From Planctomycetota bacterium (GTDB lineage: Bacteria; Planctomycetota; Phycisphaerae; Phycisphaerales; SM1A02): 59,245 nucleotides of DNA. This document shows, piece after piece, positions 27,996 to 37,367 of this stretch (position 1 is the stretch's first letter; each line of letters starts with the position of its first letter). The DNA lies in the NCBI GenBank assembly GCA_036339395.1, contig JAYZBD010000099.1:1-59245 (forward strand). The letters run 5' to 3'. The translations under genes were made by a program, and so were the position numbers. Under the pieces are notes generated by a model. The model was given only the letters and a program-made list of their open reading frames with translations. It was not told where the DNA came from and did not search any database.

Positions 27996-28829
27996 ATGAT
28001 CCCGCTGTGGTTGGGCATTGGCGTCGTTCTCGGTATCGTCATCTCGATGCCAGGGCTCATCGTGCTGCTTCGCCGTGCAACCCACCGTGCACGCGAAGCC
28101 GAGCGTGAGGCTCGTCATGCCCAACGGCTCGCTGAACTTGGATCGATGACAAGCGGGCTTGCCCACGAGATCAAGAACCCGCTTTCGACGGTCGGTCTCA
28201 ACGCACAACTGCTCAGAGAGGATCTCGTCGATCTCGAAGTATCCAGCAGCGATCGAAGTCGTCTTACGGACCGGGTAGATGCATTGGCGAGGGAAGTGGA
28301 TCGACTCGGCTCGATCCTGTCTGACTTTCTCGATTTCGCGGGTCGGATCAGGCTGGATCCGCAGGAGCACGATCTCTCCGCGATCGTCGAGGAACTCAGT
28401 GATTTCTATCATCCCCAATGTGAAAAAGCAGGAGTCATCCTGCGAGTCCAGCTACCTCCAGAACCGGTCTCGGTGCGAGTTGATGAAAGCCTGCTGAAGC
28501 AGTCACTGCTGAACCTGATGATCAACGCCACCCAGGTCCTGGAAGCTCAGCGTGTCGGTGCGACGTCCGAGCGGCTCGATGACGAGTTGATCCTGAAGGT
28601 CGAGCAGGATGAAACAACGGCCCGAATACATGTCATCGATACGGGGCCGGGCGTGCCGGAAGCAGATCGGGAGTCCATCTTCCACCCATATGTCTCCGGC
28701 AGGAAGGGCGGTACCGGGCTGGGTCTTCCAACTGCACGTCGAATCATCGAGGAACATGGTGGCCGCCTCGAGGTGGACTCCATGGCTGGACGAGGGAGTG
28801 ATTTCATGATTTCCCTGCCGCGGGCCTGA
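27996..28829 (+). CDS. Sensor histidine kinase (single N-terminal TM helix, no obvious sensor domain)
   Basis: HisKA H-box LAHEIKNPLSTV. HATPase N/G boxes (LLNLMINATQ, DTGPGVP, GTGLGLPTARRIIEEHGG). Confidence 0.85.
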   Translation: MIPLWLGIGVVLGIVISMPGLIVLLRRATHRAREAEREARHAQRLAELGSMTSGLAHEIKNPLSTVGLNAQLLREDLVDLEVSSSDRSRLTDRVDALAREVDRLGSILSDFLDFAGRIRLDPQEHDLSAIVEELSDFYHPQCEKAGVILRVQLPPEPVSVRVDESLLKQSLLNLMINATQVLEAQRVGATSERLDDELILKVEQDETTARIHVIDTGPGVPEADRESIFHPYVSGRKGGTGLGLPTARRIIEEHGGRLEVDSMAGRGSDFMISLPRA

Positions 28830-28833
28830 CAGG

Positions 28834-29472
28834 TCAATCGCCCAGCAGATCGTCGGATTCGACGATGGCCGATGCAACTTCAACAAGTGTCTTCCGGTTG
28901 TTTCGTGCCTGCTTCTGGAGAAGTTTCATGGCTTCCGGTTCTTCGATTTCCTTGCGCTTCACGAGAATCCACTTCGCCCGTTCAATGATCTTCCGTTGTT
29001 CCAGCCGCTCATTGAGTTGCTGAATGTGTTCATTCTGCCGGATCCAGTCCAGGTACCTGCTCCAGGCGATATCAATCCCGACGCGAAGTTGATCCCGGCT
29101 CAGGGGCTTGAGTATGTATCCGAAGACTCCGGCCTCGGTGCTGGACTCGACGAAATCCTGGTCCGAATAGGCCGAGATGATGACGACGGGAATATTGATT
29201 TCATTGAAGATCGTATTGGCGGCTTCGATACCATTCATCCCCGGCATCTGGATATCAAGGAGTGCAAGATCCGGCTGGATTTCCCTGCACAGATCCATGG
29301 CCTCGGCCCCGTTGCTGGCTGGACCGATGACGGTATACCCGAGTTCCTCGAGGTTGTTCTTCATGCCCGTTGCAACGAGGTGCTCGTCATCAGCTACGAG
29401 GATCGTAGTGGGCCGTTCGAACTGGTCATCCGTGGTACCGGATGTCGCATCGTCTTGTGTCGTCATGGACAT
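28834..29472 (-). CDS. Response regulator with ANTAR RNA-binding output domain
   Basis: REC domain (ILVADDEHL..., LALLDIQMPGMNG, ISAYSD, GYILKP). ANTAR (RKIIERAKWILVKRKEIEEPEAMKLLQKQARNNRKTLVEVA). ATG at 29472. Confidence 0.88.
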   Translation of the reverse strand: MSMTTQDDATSGTTDDQFERPTTILVADDEHLVATGMKNNLEELGYTVIGPASNGAEAMDLCREIQPDLALLDIQMPGMNGIEAANTIFNEINIPVVIISAYSDQDFVESSTEAGVFGYILKPLSRDQLRVGIDIAWSRYLDWIRQNEHIQQLNERLEQRKIIERAKWILVKRKEIEEPEAMKLLQKQARNNRKTLVEVASAIVESDDLLGD

Positions 29473-29530
29473 GGTTCCTGCATCATTGCAACGTTCCGCA
29501 AGGTCGAATCGTGGGCCTTGCCGGTACTGC

Positions 29531-29536
29531 ATTGTA
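29531..29536 (-). promoter_or_regulatory. Candidate -10 box (TACAAT) upstream of the ANTAR regulator
   Basis: The minus strand reads TTGATACAATGC about 60 nt upstream of the ATG at 29472, inside the 107-nt gap after top6A. Confidence 0.25.
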
Positions 29537-29579
29537 TCAATGGCAGGAGTCTTGCCGGGGTATCTTCGTTGAAGTTGTC

Positions 29580-30764
29580 TCAGTCGAGAAAGTCGGCTTC
29601 CTTGAGCCTTTCGGGCACATAGACCTCGGAAACGTATGAAATATCCTTGGTTATGAGCGATTCAACTTCCATCTTGAACCCGTTGCGAAGCATCGTCTTG
29701 ATCTCCTTCTGCCACGGTTTCTTCTTTTCAAACCAAGGGTAGTTCATGATCTGCTTCGCCCGCGTGATGTCCCGATCGTTGAGATCGATCTTGACATCAT
29801 TGCTGAGATCACATCGATCGAAGTCTCCAGCGCGGATGCCGAGGAACTTCGCGTCCGGGATGGCCATTCGCTGGCTCTCGAACGCCAGGTTGATCGAACC
29901 CTGCTTGATCACGCTGTAGATGTAGTGGCCCCACGGATCGCAATCGAGAAGGCAGTAGACGGGAATCTTCAGTTCCTTGTGCAGGCGGTGCAGCATGCGC
30001 CGTACGCCTCGGGGAGGCTGTCCCGATCCTTCGGTCAGGATGCAGTTGTGTGTTTCCCAGAACCGGTCCTCGTTGAACCTGCTCCAGACGGTGTCCTTCT
30101 CGACATGCAGGATGAAATCAGCCTCGGAGTTCTTGAACTGGATCACGCTCGGCTCGCAGATGCTTGGAATGGCGTATCCCCCCGTACCCATTCGACGGCA
30201 ATCGATTTCATCACCGTTGTCGATGATCGTGATGTTTCCGACCATCGTTCCACGCTTCTTCGCAAAGACATGAAGTTCTTCCCGCAGTCCGTCGATCGTG
30301 ACCTCGAGATCCTCGAGGATGCCATCGGATTCCGACTGTTCATCGAAGGTCTTTTCATTCGTCCCCTCGATCGTATGAAGGGACATGTAATACATGCCAC
30401 GGAGGCTCAGGGTCTTCTCAGCTTCGATGAGGTCCTTGCAACCCCTGGAAACCAGCATCATCTGCATGAACTTGCGGGCCTGTCCAGCGTTGAACAGTTC
30501 CCGCCGCTGCTTGCTTGAACCCATTTCAAGGATTCGCTTCTTCACGTTGTACTTCATGTTGTTGACGCTGCGGATGGGAATTTCGACGAAGGGCTCTCTC
30601 TGGGCGAGACTCGATTTGACGATTGCATTCGTCATTGACGTGATCTTCGACGTTGTCTCCCGGTCTCGTTCCTTGCTCACGACGCCTCGTCGTCTTGAGC
30701 TCCCGGCCGCCTTCTTCCGGGAAGTGGATTTCTTCTTGGTCTTCTTGCGGGTCTTCTTTGCCAT
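29580..30764 (-). CDS. top6A: DNA topoisomerase VI subunit A (Spo11/Top6A family)
   Basis: LSLRGMYYMSL (catalytic Tyr region). TOPRIM motifs ILHVEKDTVW and YCLLDCDPWGHYIY. C-terminal KMEVESL. Polybasic N-terminus MAKKTRKKTKKKSTSRKK. Confidence 0.9.
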   Translation of the reverse strand: MAKKTRKKTKKKSTSRKKAAGSSRRRGVVSKERDRETTSKITSMTNAIVKSSLAQREPFVEIPIRSVNNMKYNVKKRILEMGSSKQRRELFNAGQARKFMQMMLVSRGCKDLIEAEKTLSLRGMYYMSLHTIEGTNEKTFDEQSESDGILEDLEVTIDGLREELHVFAKKRGTMVGNITIIDNGDEIDCRRMGTGGYAIPSICEPSVIQFKNSEADFILHVEKDTVWSRFNEDRFWETHNCILTEGSGQPPRGVRRMLHRLHKELKIPVYCLLDCDPWGHYIYSVIKQGSINLAFESQRMAIPDAKFLGIRAGDFDRCDLSNDVKIDLNDRDITRAKQIMNYPWFEKKKPWQKEIKTMLRNGFKMEVESLITKDISYVSEVYVPERLKEADFLD

Positions 30765-30778
30765 GGAAATGGTTCCGT

Positions 30779-32656
30779 TCAGCGGGCCTTGCTTGAGGAC
30801 TTCTTCCTGTTCGATGATTTCTTCTTCGTGGACTTCCTCGCAGATTTCTTCTTCGTGGACTTCCTCGCAGATTTCTTCTTCATGACGGGCGGCTCATCAC
30901 CTTCGAACAGGGAATCAGCCTCGTCGCCGGACAGGAACTGGCGGTCGGGCAGGATGATCACATCTTCGTCCTGTTGAAGTCGCTTGTTGCTCACGACCTT
31001 CCCGTCAAGGTCCAGTTTCTGATCTGCTTCACGAGTCTTCTTCGCAGCCTGCTTTCGAAGCGCTGCATAGAGCTTCTTCGGATCTGTACCGACGAGGGCT
31101 TCGCAGCAGACGGCGATCTCTCCGATGTATCGCTCGAAGATGTCACGCCGCTCAGCTTGTTTTCTCATCTGCTTGCGCCGCCTGAGGTAGGTCCCCAGTT
31201 TCCTGCCACATTCCTGGAGGGCAAGTTTCATCTCCTTCCGGATCTCGTCGTAGTCGGCGATCGCTTCCTTGGATTCGCTCGTAAAGGGCACCCAGACACT
31301 GGCCATGTGCACGAGAACGACAAGTGGACCCGTTGGGAGTGACCCCCTGGGCTGAGACAGGCCGTAATTCTTCCAGGATGTTTCCGCCACGGCCTTGAAC
31401 GAACTGCAGGCGGACTGCTGGTAGAGCAGTGGGACACGATTGGCGAATCGCAGGATCCGCGCGGTCTCCTCCGAACCAAGCGAGCCTCCATAGGCGATGG
31501 CGACCTCCATCTGGAAGGGATTTCCTCGATAGACGGATGGGGGCCGGGTCGCAGCAGCGAAGAACTCGGCCTGGACTTCCTTGAGCAGGCCTGCCAACAG
31601 TGCCCTCGATCCGATTGGAACGAGGCAATCCGTCGGTGGCGACATGATCGAGGCTTCCTGGATCGCCTGGTAGAGGCAGTTGGCCTCTGCATGTCCCAGT
31701 TGGCTGACGCGTGTCCGGGGTGTGATGGTCTTGCTTGAGAGCTTGTCCGCCTTCTTCGCAAGTTCACTGGCCTTGCGTTGTCCGACACGGCAGAACTCGC
31801 TCTGGAGGAATGCGCTGAGGCTGCCGGCATCGGTCCGTTCGAGCATCTGGATCAGCGTTCCAAGTTCAATCCCCTTCGGATGCGGCTTGATCTCCTTGGG
31901 TTCGTCTGGAAGTTCATCGACCGCCCGTGGAAAGACGATGGTTTCATTCGTCGGGGAGATCCAGGTCAACTCGGCATGCGGATTCGCGATGGCCGTCTGC
32001 TCGAGGTATTCGTCGATCGATTGGCGTCCTTTCTGGTACCGACCCTCAAGTTCGATGACGACCTGTGTTCCGTTCCCACCGGGAAACAGGGCATCACTCT
32101 TCGGAGACTCCTTGTCAGTAACAACCTCGGCGCGGTTCTTCGAAGTATCGATCTTCAGGGTGACATCATGTGCGGGTTTCCGGCGTGAAGTCTTCGAGAT
32201 GATGTGTACAGGTTTGCCTGTCGTCATCAATCCGTACATGCCGGCTGCCGAGATGCCGATGCCCTGCTGTCCTCGGGACATCTTCATCCGATGGAACTTC
32301 GATCCATAGAGCAGCTTTCCGAAGATGGATTCGATCTGTGCCCGGACGATGCCCGGTCCATTGTCACGGACCGTCAACTTGAATCGTGACTCATCCAGTT
32401 GCAGAAGTCGTACATGGATGTCAGGGAGAATGCCTGCTTCTTCACAGGCATCAAGGGCATTGTCGACAGCTTCCTTCACGGCTGTCAGCAAGGCCTTGCG
32501 TGGATTGTCAAAGCCCAGGAGATGGCGGTTCTTGGCAAAGAACTCGCTGACGGAAATTTCGCGCTGCTTCTCCGCCATGGATTCGGCGGTGGCGACCGAC
32601 CTGGTCGTGGTCTTCTTCGAGCGTGCCGGTTTCTTCCTGGTCTTGGCGCTGGGCAT
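30779..32656 (-). CDS. top6B: DNA topoisomerase VI subunit B (GHKL ATPase)
   Basis: Bergerat-fold motifs VKEAVDNALDACEE, VRDNGPGI, GQQGIGISAAG, followed by a transducer domain. Polybasic N- and C-terminal tails. Confidence 0.9.
   Translation of the reverse strand: MPSAKTRKKPARSKKTTTRSVATAESMAEKQREISVSEFFAKNRHLLGFDNPRKALLTAVKEAVDNALDACEEAGILPDIHVRLLQLDESRFKLTVRDNGPGIVRAQIESIFGKLLYGSKFHRMKMSRGQQGIGISAAGMYGLMTTGKPVHIISKTSRRKPAHDVTLKIDTSKNRAEVVTDKESPKSDALFPGGNGTQVVIELEGRYQKGRQSIDEYLEQTAIANPHAELTWISPTNETIVFPRAVDELPDEPKEIKPHPKGIELGTLIQMLERTDAGSLSAFLQSEFCRVGQRKASELAKKADKLSSKTITPRTRVSQLGHAEANCLYQAIQEASIMSPPTDCLVPIGSRALLAGLLKEVQAEFFAAATRPPSVYRGNPFQMEVAIAYGGSLGSEETARILRFANRVPLLYQQSACSSFKAVAETSWKNYGLSQPRGSLPTGPLVVLVHMASVWVPFTSESKEAIADYDEIRKEMKLALQECGRKLGTYLRRRKQMRKQAERRDIFERYIGEIAVCCEALVGTDPKKLYAALRKQAAKKTREADQKLDLDGKVVSNKRLQQDEDVIILPDRQFLSGDEADSLFEGDEPPVMKKKSARKSTKKKSARKSTKKKSSNRKKSSSKAR
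30817..30881. repeat. Perfect 27-nt tandem duplication (2 copies plus an 11-nt partial third) in the top6B 3' end
   Basis: atttcttcttcgtggacttcctcgcag at 30817-30843 is repeated exactly at 30844-30870. It encodes SARKSTKKK twice in the C-terminal tail. Confidence 0.9.
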
Positions 32657-32855
32657 GGTGGTGGGAGAAGGGAATCCTGGTACTGCAAGCCGTCGTCACG
32701 ACGTCGATCACATGCAGAACCATCGGCCCAGCAAGGGTTTCCACGCTAGTTTGTGCACGCGGGTCGCCCAGGTCCGGTGTATCTGCCGGCTCGACACCCG
32801 GCCGGGGTATGGGTATCCTTCGCCCGCTCGTGGCAATCGAGCCTGGAGATTCCAT

Positions 32856-33326
32856 ATGGAAACTACATTGATCATCCTGAAGCCAGACGCCCTCCAGAGG
32901 GGGCTCATGGGTCGCATCATCAGCCGCTTCGAGGACAAGGGACTCCAGGTGGTGGCAGCCAAGCTCATGAAGATCAGCCAGGAACTGGCTGCTCGGCACT
33001 ACGAATCACATGAGGGAAAGCCCTTCTACGACGGCCTTGTTTCCTTCATGACCTCCTCACCGGTCCTCGTACTTGCCTTGAGGGGGATTGACGCAATCAC
33101 CATCAGCAGGGGAATGATGGGCGCTACCTTTGGTTCAAAGGCTGAACCTGGAACGATTCGAGGGGATTTCGGAGTCTCAAACTCCTTCAACCTCATTCAT
33201 GGCAGCGACAGCCCTGAAGCAGCCGAGCGTGAGTTAGGGCTCTTTTTCGCTTCAGGAGAGATCCAGGAGTGGTCTCGAGCAATCGAGGGCTGGGTCTACG
33301 ATTGCTCTGGCGATACCCCTGAATAA
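32856..33326 (+). CDS. ndk: Nucleoside-diphosphate kinase
   Basis: METTLIILKPDALQRGLMGRIISRFE..., GATFGSKAEPGTIRGDFG, NLIHGSDS (active-site His). Confidence 0.95.
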   Translation: METTLIILKPDALQRGLMGRIISRFEDKGLQVVAAKLMKISQELAARHYESHEGKPFYDGLVSFMTSSPVLVLALRGIDAITISRGMMGATFGSKAEPGTIRGDFGVSNSFNLIHGSDSPEAAERELGLFFASGEIQEWSRAIEGWVYDCSGDTPE

Positions 33327-33628
33327 GCCCGGAAACGGGTATTTCACGCACCGTACCCACGGATGTACTGCCAAAAGGCTGTAAATCACGTGCCACGCCG
33401 TTCTTCTGCGACAATTTCGCACCTACCCACGAACAAATCGCCGTGGGAATCGTCTTGTAAGAGGGCATGTTCCGGATGACCGGCCGGGCCATGGCCTCCT
33501 GGAGGTGGTCCAGTAACAAATCTGCACTGCAAGTCCCCTGGTGTCCGTATGTACAGGGGGGCAGGTTGGTTGCCGGCTGGAGGATCCCCCAGGTATTCAG
33601 GAATCCGGTGAAGGGATCAGTTGACACG

Positions 33629-34669
33629 ATGAGCGCACTCCGAAACAGGACTGCAACAGGCAAGCGGGATGCAAAAAGACGTTCGTTGACCAGGAAGGGT
33701 CGCGCAGTTGCCTCGTGCAGGCGACTTTCCAGGTCTGACAAGTCACTCGTACAGGCAATCCTCGACCATCCGGTCGATTTTGTCGACAGTGAAACCTTTC
33801 ACAAGCCACGTGCGAAACAGACGCTGTTCGACAAGGCAGACCCCGTCCGCCGAGCCGACGTGGCCTGGTATCGGCCCCTTATAGATGATGTCGTTGGAAC
33901 ACGTCCTGAATCAAAATCGACCAAGGATTCGATCGTCCTGACCAGGGATGAAGAGCGAACGATCTTCCTTCAATACAATTATGCCCGTTTCAAGGTCGCT
34001 TCCATGCAGAAGCGGCTTGGGAACAGGAAGCCGACACCCAGGCAGTCAACCGAGTTGCTGTACTGGTATAGACTTTCACGCCAACTCCGTGATCAGATCG
34101 CCGAGTCGAATCTCGCGCTTGTTCTTGCGATGGCGAAGCGAGCACGGATCAACGCAGTCGACTTTTCCGACCAGATCAGTGAAGGCAACATGGCACTTCT
34201 TCGAAGCGTCGACAAGTTTGATGTTGGTCGAGGATTCAAGTTCTCAACCTATGCCTGCCGAGCGATCCTCAAGGGTTTCTATCGCCAGGGAATGAAGGAC
34301 ACGCGGCATCGCCAGCGATTTCCGACGACGTTCGACCCGGCCATGGAAGCGGGTGATCCCTGTGAGAATCGAAGGCGTGAGGATCAATTCGATTCGGCAC
34401 GCGAGGTCAAGCAACTCATGCAGGAGAACAAGGCCGATCTCTCCTCCATCGAACTGGTTGTTCTCCAGCATCGATTCGGTTTCGAGCCGGGCCGGAGTGG
34501 TCGCCCGCTGACCCTTGCCCAGGTGGGAAAACTCATCGGTGTCACCAAGGAACGGGTCAGGCAGATCCAGAACAAGGCTCTCGGCAAGCTGCGTGAGGCA
34601 GTCGAGCAGCGATGCCTCCCCCGTACTGAACGCGATCATCAAGGTGGAATCGGCTTTTCGATCAACTGA
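33629..34669 (+). CDS. RNA polymerase sigma factor, sigma-70 family (non-ECF)
   Basis: Region 2 DQISEGNMALLRSVDKFDVGRGFKFSTYACRAIL. Region 4 LTLAQVGKLIGVTKERVRQIQNKALGKLR. Start uncertain (33467-33629). Confidence 0.8.
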   Translation: MSALRNRTATGKRDAKRRSLTRKGRAVASCRRLSRSDKSLVQAILDHPVDFVDSETFHKPRAKQTLFDKADPVRRADVAWYRPLIDDVVGTRPESKSTKDSIVLTRDEERTIFLQYNYARFKVASMQKRLGNRKPTPRQSTELLYWYRLSRQLRDQIAESNLALVLAMAKRARINAVDFSDQISEGNMALLRSVDKFDVGRGFKFSTYACRAILKGFYRQGMKDTRHRQRFPTTFDPAMEAGDPCENRRREDQFDSAREVKQLMQENKADLSSIELVVLQHRFGFEPGRSGRPLTLAQVGKLIGVTKERVRQIQNKALGKLREAVEQRCLPRTERDHQGGIGFSIN

Positions 34670-34705
34670 ACCTCTTCTTCTCCCCGGAAACCCCTCTTTC
34701 AACGC

Positions 34706-34740
34706 AACCCGACCCTGCAGCAGGGTCGGGTTGTCGTTTT
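34706..34740 (+). terminator. Rho-independent terminator after the sigma factor gene
   Basis: aacccgaccctg cag cagggtcgggtt (12-bp stem) followed by gtcgtttt. Confidence 0.6.
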
Positions 34741-34899
34741 CACCACTGAGGCCTCGACGGGCCGATGGATCCGATGAATGATGGGGAGTGGAGGCCAACG
34801 ATCAGCAAGCCCACGATTCCAACTCTTCCCGGAGACCAGTGCGGTGGGAACCAGTCGCGGGATGTCCCGCTCACGGTGGTGGATACGCGCGGACAGCCG

Positions 34900-36816
34900 A
34901 TGAAGCGATCAAGGATGGGTCGTCGAAGGGCCATCGTCCTGGGCCTTGTACAACTCCTGATCATTCTTCACATCGTGATCTGGCTGCTCAGCCGCGAGTA
35001 CGGCTGGTTTGGTGGCGCGACCATCACCCCGGTCGAGCCGAGCGAGAGCATGGAGTTCAGCAAGAACGGTGTCGTGAATGCCGGTCTCATCTTCTTCCTG
35101 CTGGCATTGCTTTCGACACTCCTGCTGGGCCGATGGTTCTGCGGCTGGGGGTGTCATATCGTCATGCTCCAGGACCTGTGCCTGTGGATGCTTCGCAAGA
35201 TGCATCTCAGGCCACGACCCTTTCGTTCGAGACTGCTGCTCTGGGCTCCACTTGTCCTGGCCGTGTACATGTTCATCTGGCCGCTCTTCTACCGTTTCGC
35301 CCTTGCACCGTTCCTCCAGCCTGATCTTGAATGGTCCGGATTCAGCCTGCACCTGACGACGCGGGACTTCTGGGCGACGTTTCCCGGTCTGTGGGTTGCA
35401 ATCGTCTTTCTCCTTGTCTGCGGCTTCGCAACGGTCTACTTTCTCGGTGCAAAGGGATTCTGCACATACGGGTGTCCGTACGGAGGGTTCTTTGCACCAC
35501 TTGACAGGTTCGCCCCCGGCAGCATTCGAGTGACGGATGCGTGCAGGCAGTGTGGACACTGCACGGCGGTATGTACATCGAATGTACGGGTTCATGATGA
35601 AGTTCGGACCTGGGGCATGGTGACGGACCCCGGCTGCATGAAGACCATGGACTGCATCGATACGTGTCCGAACGACGCCCTGTACTTCGGATTCGGGCCA
35701 TCGGCTGCGAAGACTGCTCCACGGGTCGAGCCCGTGCAGAGGAAATGGGATCTCACTTCAAGGGAAGAATGGTGCTTCGGCCTGATCTGCCTGCTCGTCT
35801 TCCTGTCCTTCAGGGGAGCCTATGCATCAATCCCACTGCTGATGGCGATCGGCATCGCATCGATATTCACCTTCCTTGCCTGGAAATCCTGGCGAGTGAT
35901 CCAGGACGAAAATGTTCACCTGCACCGATGGCGATTGAAGTACCGCGGATCGTTGCAGTTGCCGGGCCTCGTCATGCTCACGTTGGCCGGGATCCTGGCG
36001 ATCCTGACCCTCCAGACAGGGGCGGTGAACTGGATTGGATGGAATGCACAGCGAATGTCCCGCGATGTCATTGTTCACCAGGGAGGCCAGGGCGGGCCCT
36101 CAGAGGCTCAGCGAGCCCGTGCAGGATCGGTTCTTGGCTGGCTCGATCTTGTATCCGGCATGAACAGGGGTGGTATCGGTCTTGCCACGGATCCCAACCA
36201 TGACCTTGAGGCGGCTCGGCTCCTCATGTTCATGGGTGACGTCGAAGCTGCACGGGAGCGATTGGCACCCGTTGTCAGGGGCTTCCCATCAGACCTGGGA
36301 GTACGCCGATTCGAGCTTCAACTGCTTCTGCTCGGTGCCAACCGGGAGGAGGCTCGCCAGTACCTTGAGGCGTTCGAAGCTGAGCCCCATGTCGTGCAGC
36401 AGATTCGACTTGATGTCATCCAGTGGCACCTGGTCAACGGAAGAGAGGACGTTGCAGAGTCGATGGCAAGAGAGTCGCTCCTGGAGGATGAACATGACCT
36501 CGGGGCCATGAAGATGCTCTCGGTGATTCTCTTGAATGGTGGAGATGACAGGACTGCGGAGGGACGGGAGCTCCTGCGTCGATATCTTGAACTGGCACCA
36601 AGTGATTACTTTGCATGGTTTACCCAGGGACAGGCACTCGCAAGAGATGGCAGGCTGGCCGAGGCCGATGCATCGATCGAACGGGCGCTGAGTCTTGCGG
36701 AAGATGATCCAGGACTGCTGGTTGAAGCGATCGGGTACTACCAGGCGACCGGGCGGAGCCTCATCGCGGAACAACTTGCGGCACGTCTCCAGATGCTCGA
36801 GGATCCCGGGCAGTAA
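34900..36816 (+). CDS. Membrane polyferredoxin (NapH/MauN-like 4Fe-4S protein) fused to a C-terminal TPR domain
   Basis: Cys motifs CGWGCH, CTYGCPYGG, CRQCGHCTAVC, CMKTMDCIDTCP, interleaved with TM helices. The C-terminal ~250 aa has TPR-like repeats. Start uncertain (34765-34900). Confidence 0.7.
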   Translation: MKRSRMGRRRAIVLGLVQLLIILHIVIWLLSREYGWFGGATITPVEPSESMEFSKNGVVNAGLIFFLLALLSTLLLGRWFCGWGCHIVMLQDLCLWMLRKMHLRPRPFRSRLLLWAPLVLAVYMFIWPLFYRFALAPFLQPDLEWSGFSLHLTTRDFWATFPGLWVAIVFLLVCGFATVYFLGAKGFCTYGCPYGGFFAPLDRFAPGSIRVTDACRQCGHCTAVCTSNVRVHDEVRTWGMVTDPGCMKTMDCIDTCPNDALYFGFGPSAAKTAPRVEPVQRKWDLTSREEWCFGLICLLVFLSFRGAYASIPLLMAIGIASIFTFLAWKSWRVIQDENVHLHRWRLKYRGSLQLPGLVMLTLAGILAILTLQTGAVNWIGWNAQRMSRDVIVHQGGQGGPSEAQRARAGSVLGWLDLVSGMNRGGIGLATDPNHDLEAARLLMFMGDVEAARERLAPVVRGFPSDLGVRRFELQLLLLGANREEARQYLEAFEAEPHVVQQIRLDVIQWHLVNGREDVAESMARESLLEDEHDLGAMKMLSVILLNGGDDRTAEGRELLRRYLELAPSDYFAWFTQGQALARDGRLAEADASIERALSLAEDDPGLLVEAIGYYQATGRSLIAEQLAARLQMLEDPGQ

Positions 36817-36825
36817 GGTGGTGCT

Positions 36826-37287
36826 TCAGTCGCCGTTGCTGCTGCAGAGTACATCGTGCAGGGACCTGGCGGAATCCGACTCGAACGCCTCTTTCCTTGT
36901 GACTGGATTTCCCAGTACACGGCTGATGGCACTGAGCGCCTGGACATGTTCGGTCGTGTTGTCAGGGGGTGAGACGATCAGGACAATCATTTCGACGGGT
37001 TTACCATCGTTCGACTTGAAGTCGATGGGTACGGCTGCGTACCCGACAGCAGCAACAACGTTCTCCAGGGATGGACACCGGCCGTGTGGTACGGCGAGGC
37101 CTTCACCGATTCCCGTTGTTCGCTGCAACTCACGTTTCCAGACGGCATCGGCGACGTCCTCCGGATCCTGGACATGTCCCTGTTCATGGAGAAGGTTGAC
37201 CAGTTCGCTGATCGCTCCGCGAGGATCGGTCGATTCCAGCGGGTGCTTGATGCAGTCAAGTTGCAGAAGACTGTTCAATGTAATCAT
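36826..37287 (-). CDS. ptsN: PTS IIA-like nitrogen regulatory protein
   Basis: RELQRTTGIGEGLAVPHGR (phosphorylatable His region), VEMIVLIVSP. 153 aa from the ATG at 37287. Confidence 0.85.
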   Translation of the reverse strand: MITLNSLLQLDCIKHPLESTDPRGAISELVNLLHEQGHVQDPEDVADAVWKRELQRTTGIGEGLAVPHGRCPSLENVVAAVGYAAVPIDFKSNDGKPVEMIVLIVSPPDNTTEHVQALSAISRVLGNPVTRKEAFESDSARSLHDVLCSSNGD

Positions 37288-37367
37288 GTCGAGATCGATG
37301 CAGGAGGTGTCGTGGAACAGTGGGAAAGGGGGGGAGGATAGCAGAATCCAACTCGAATACGATGCCG

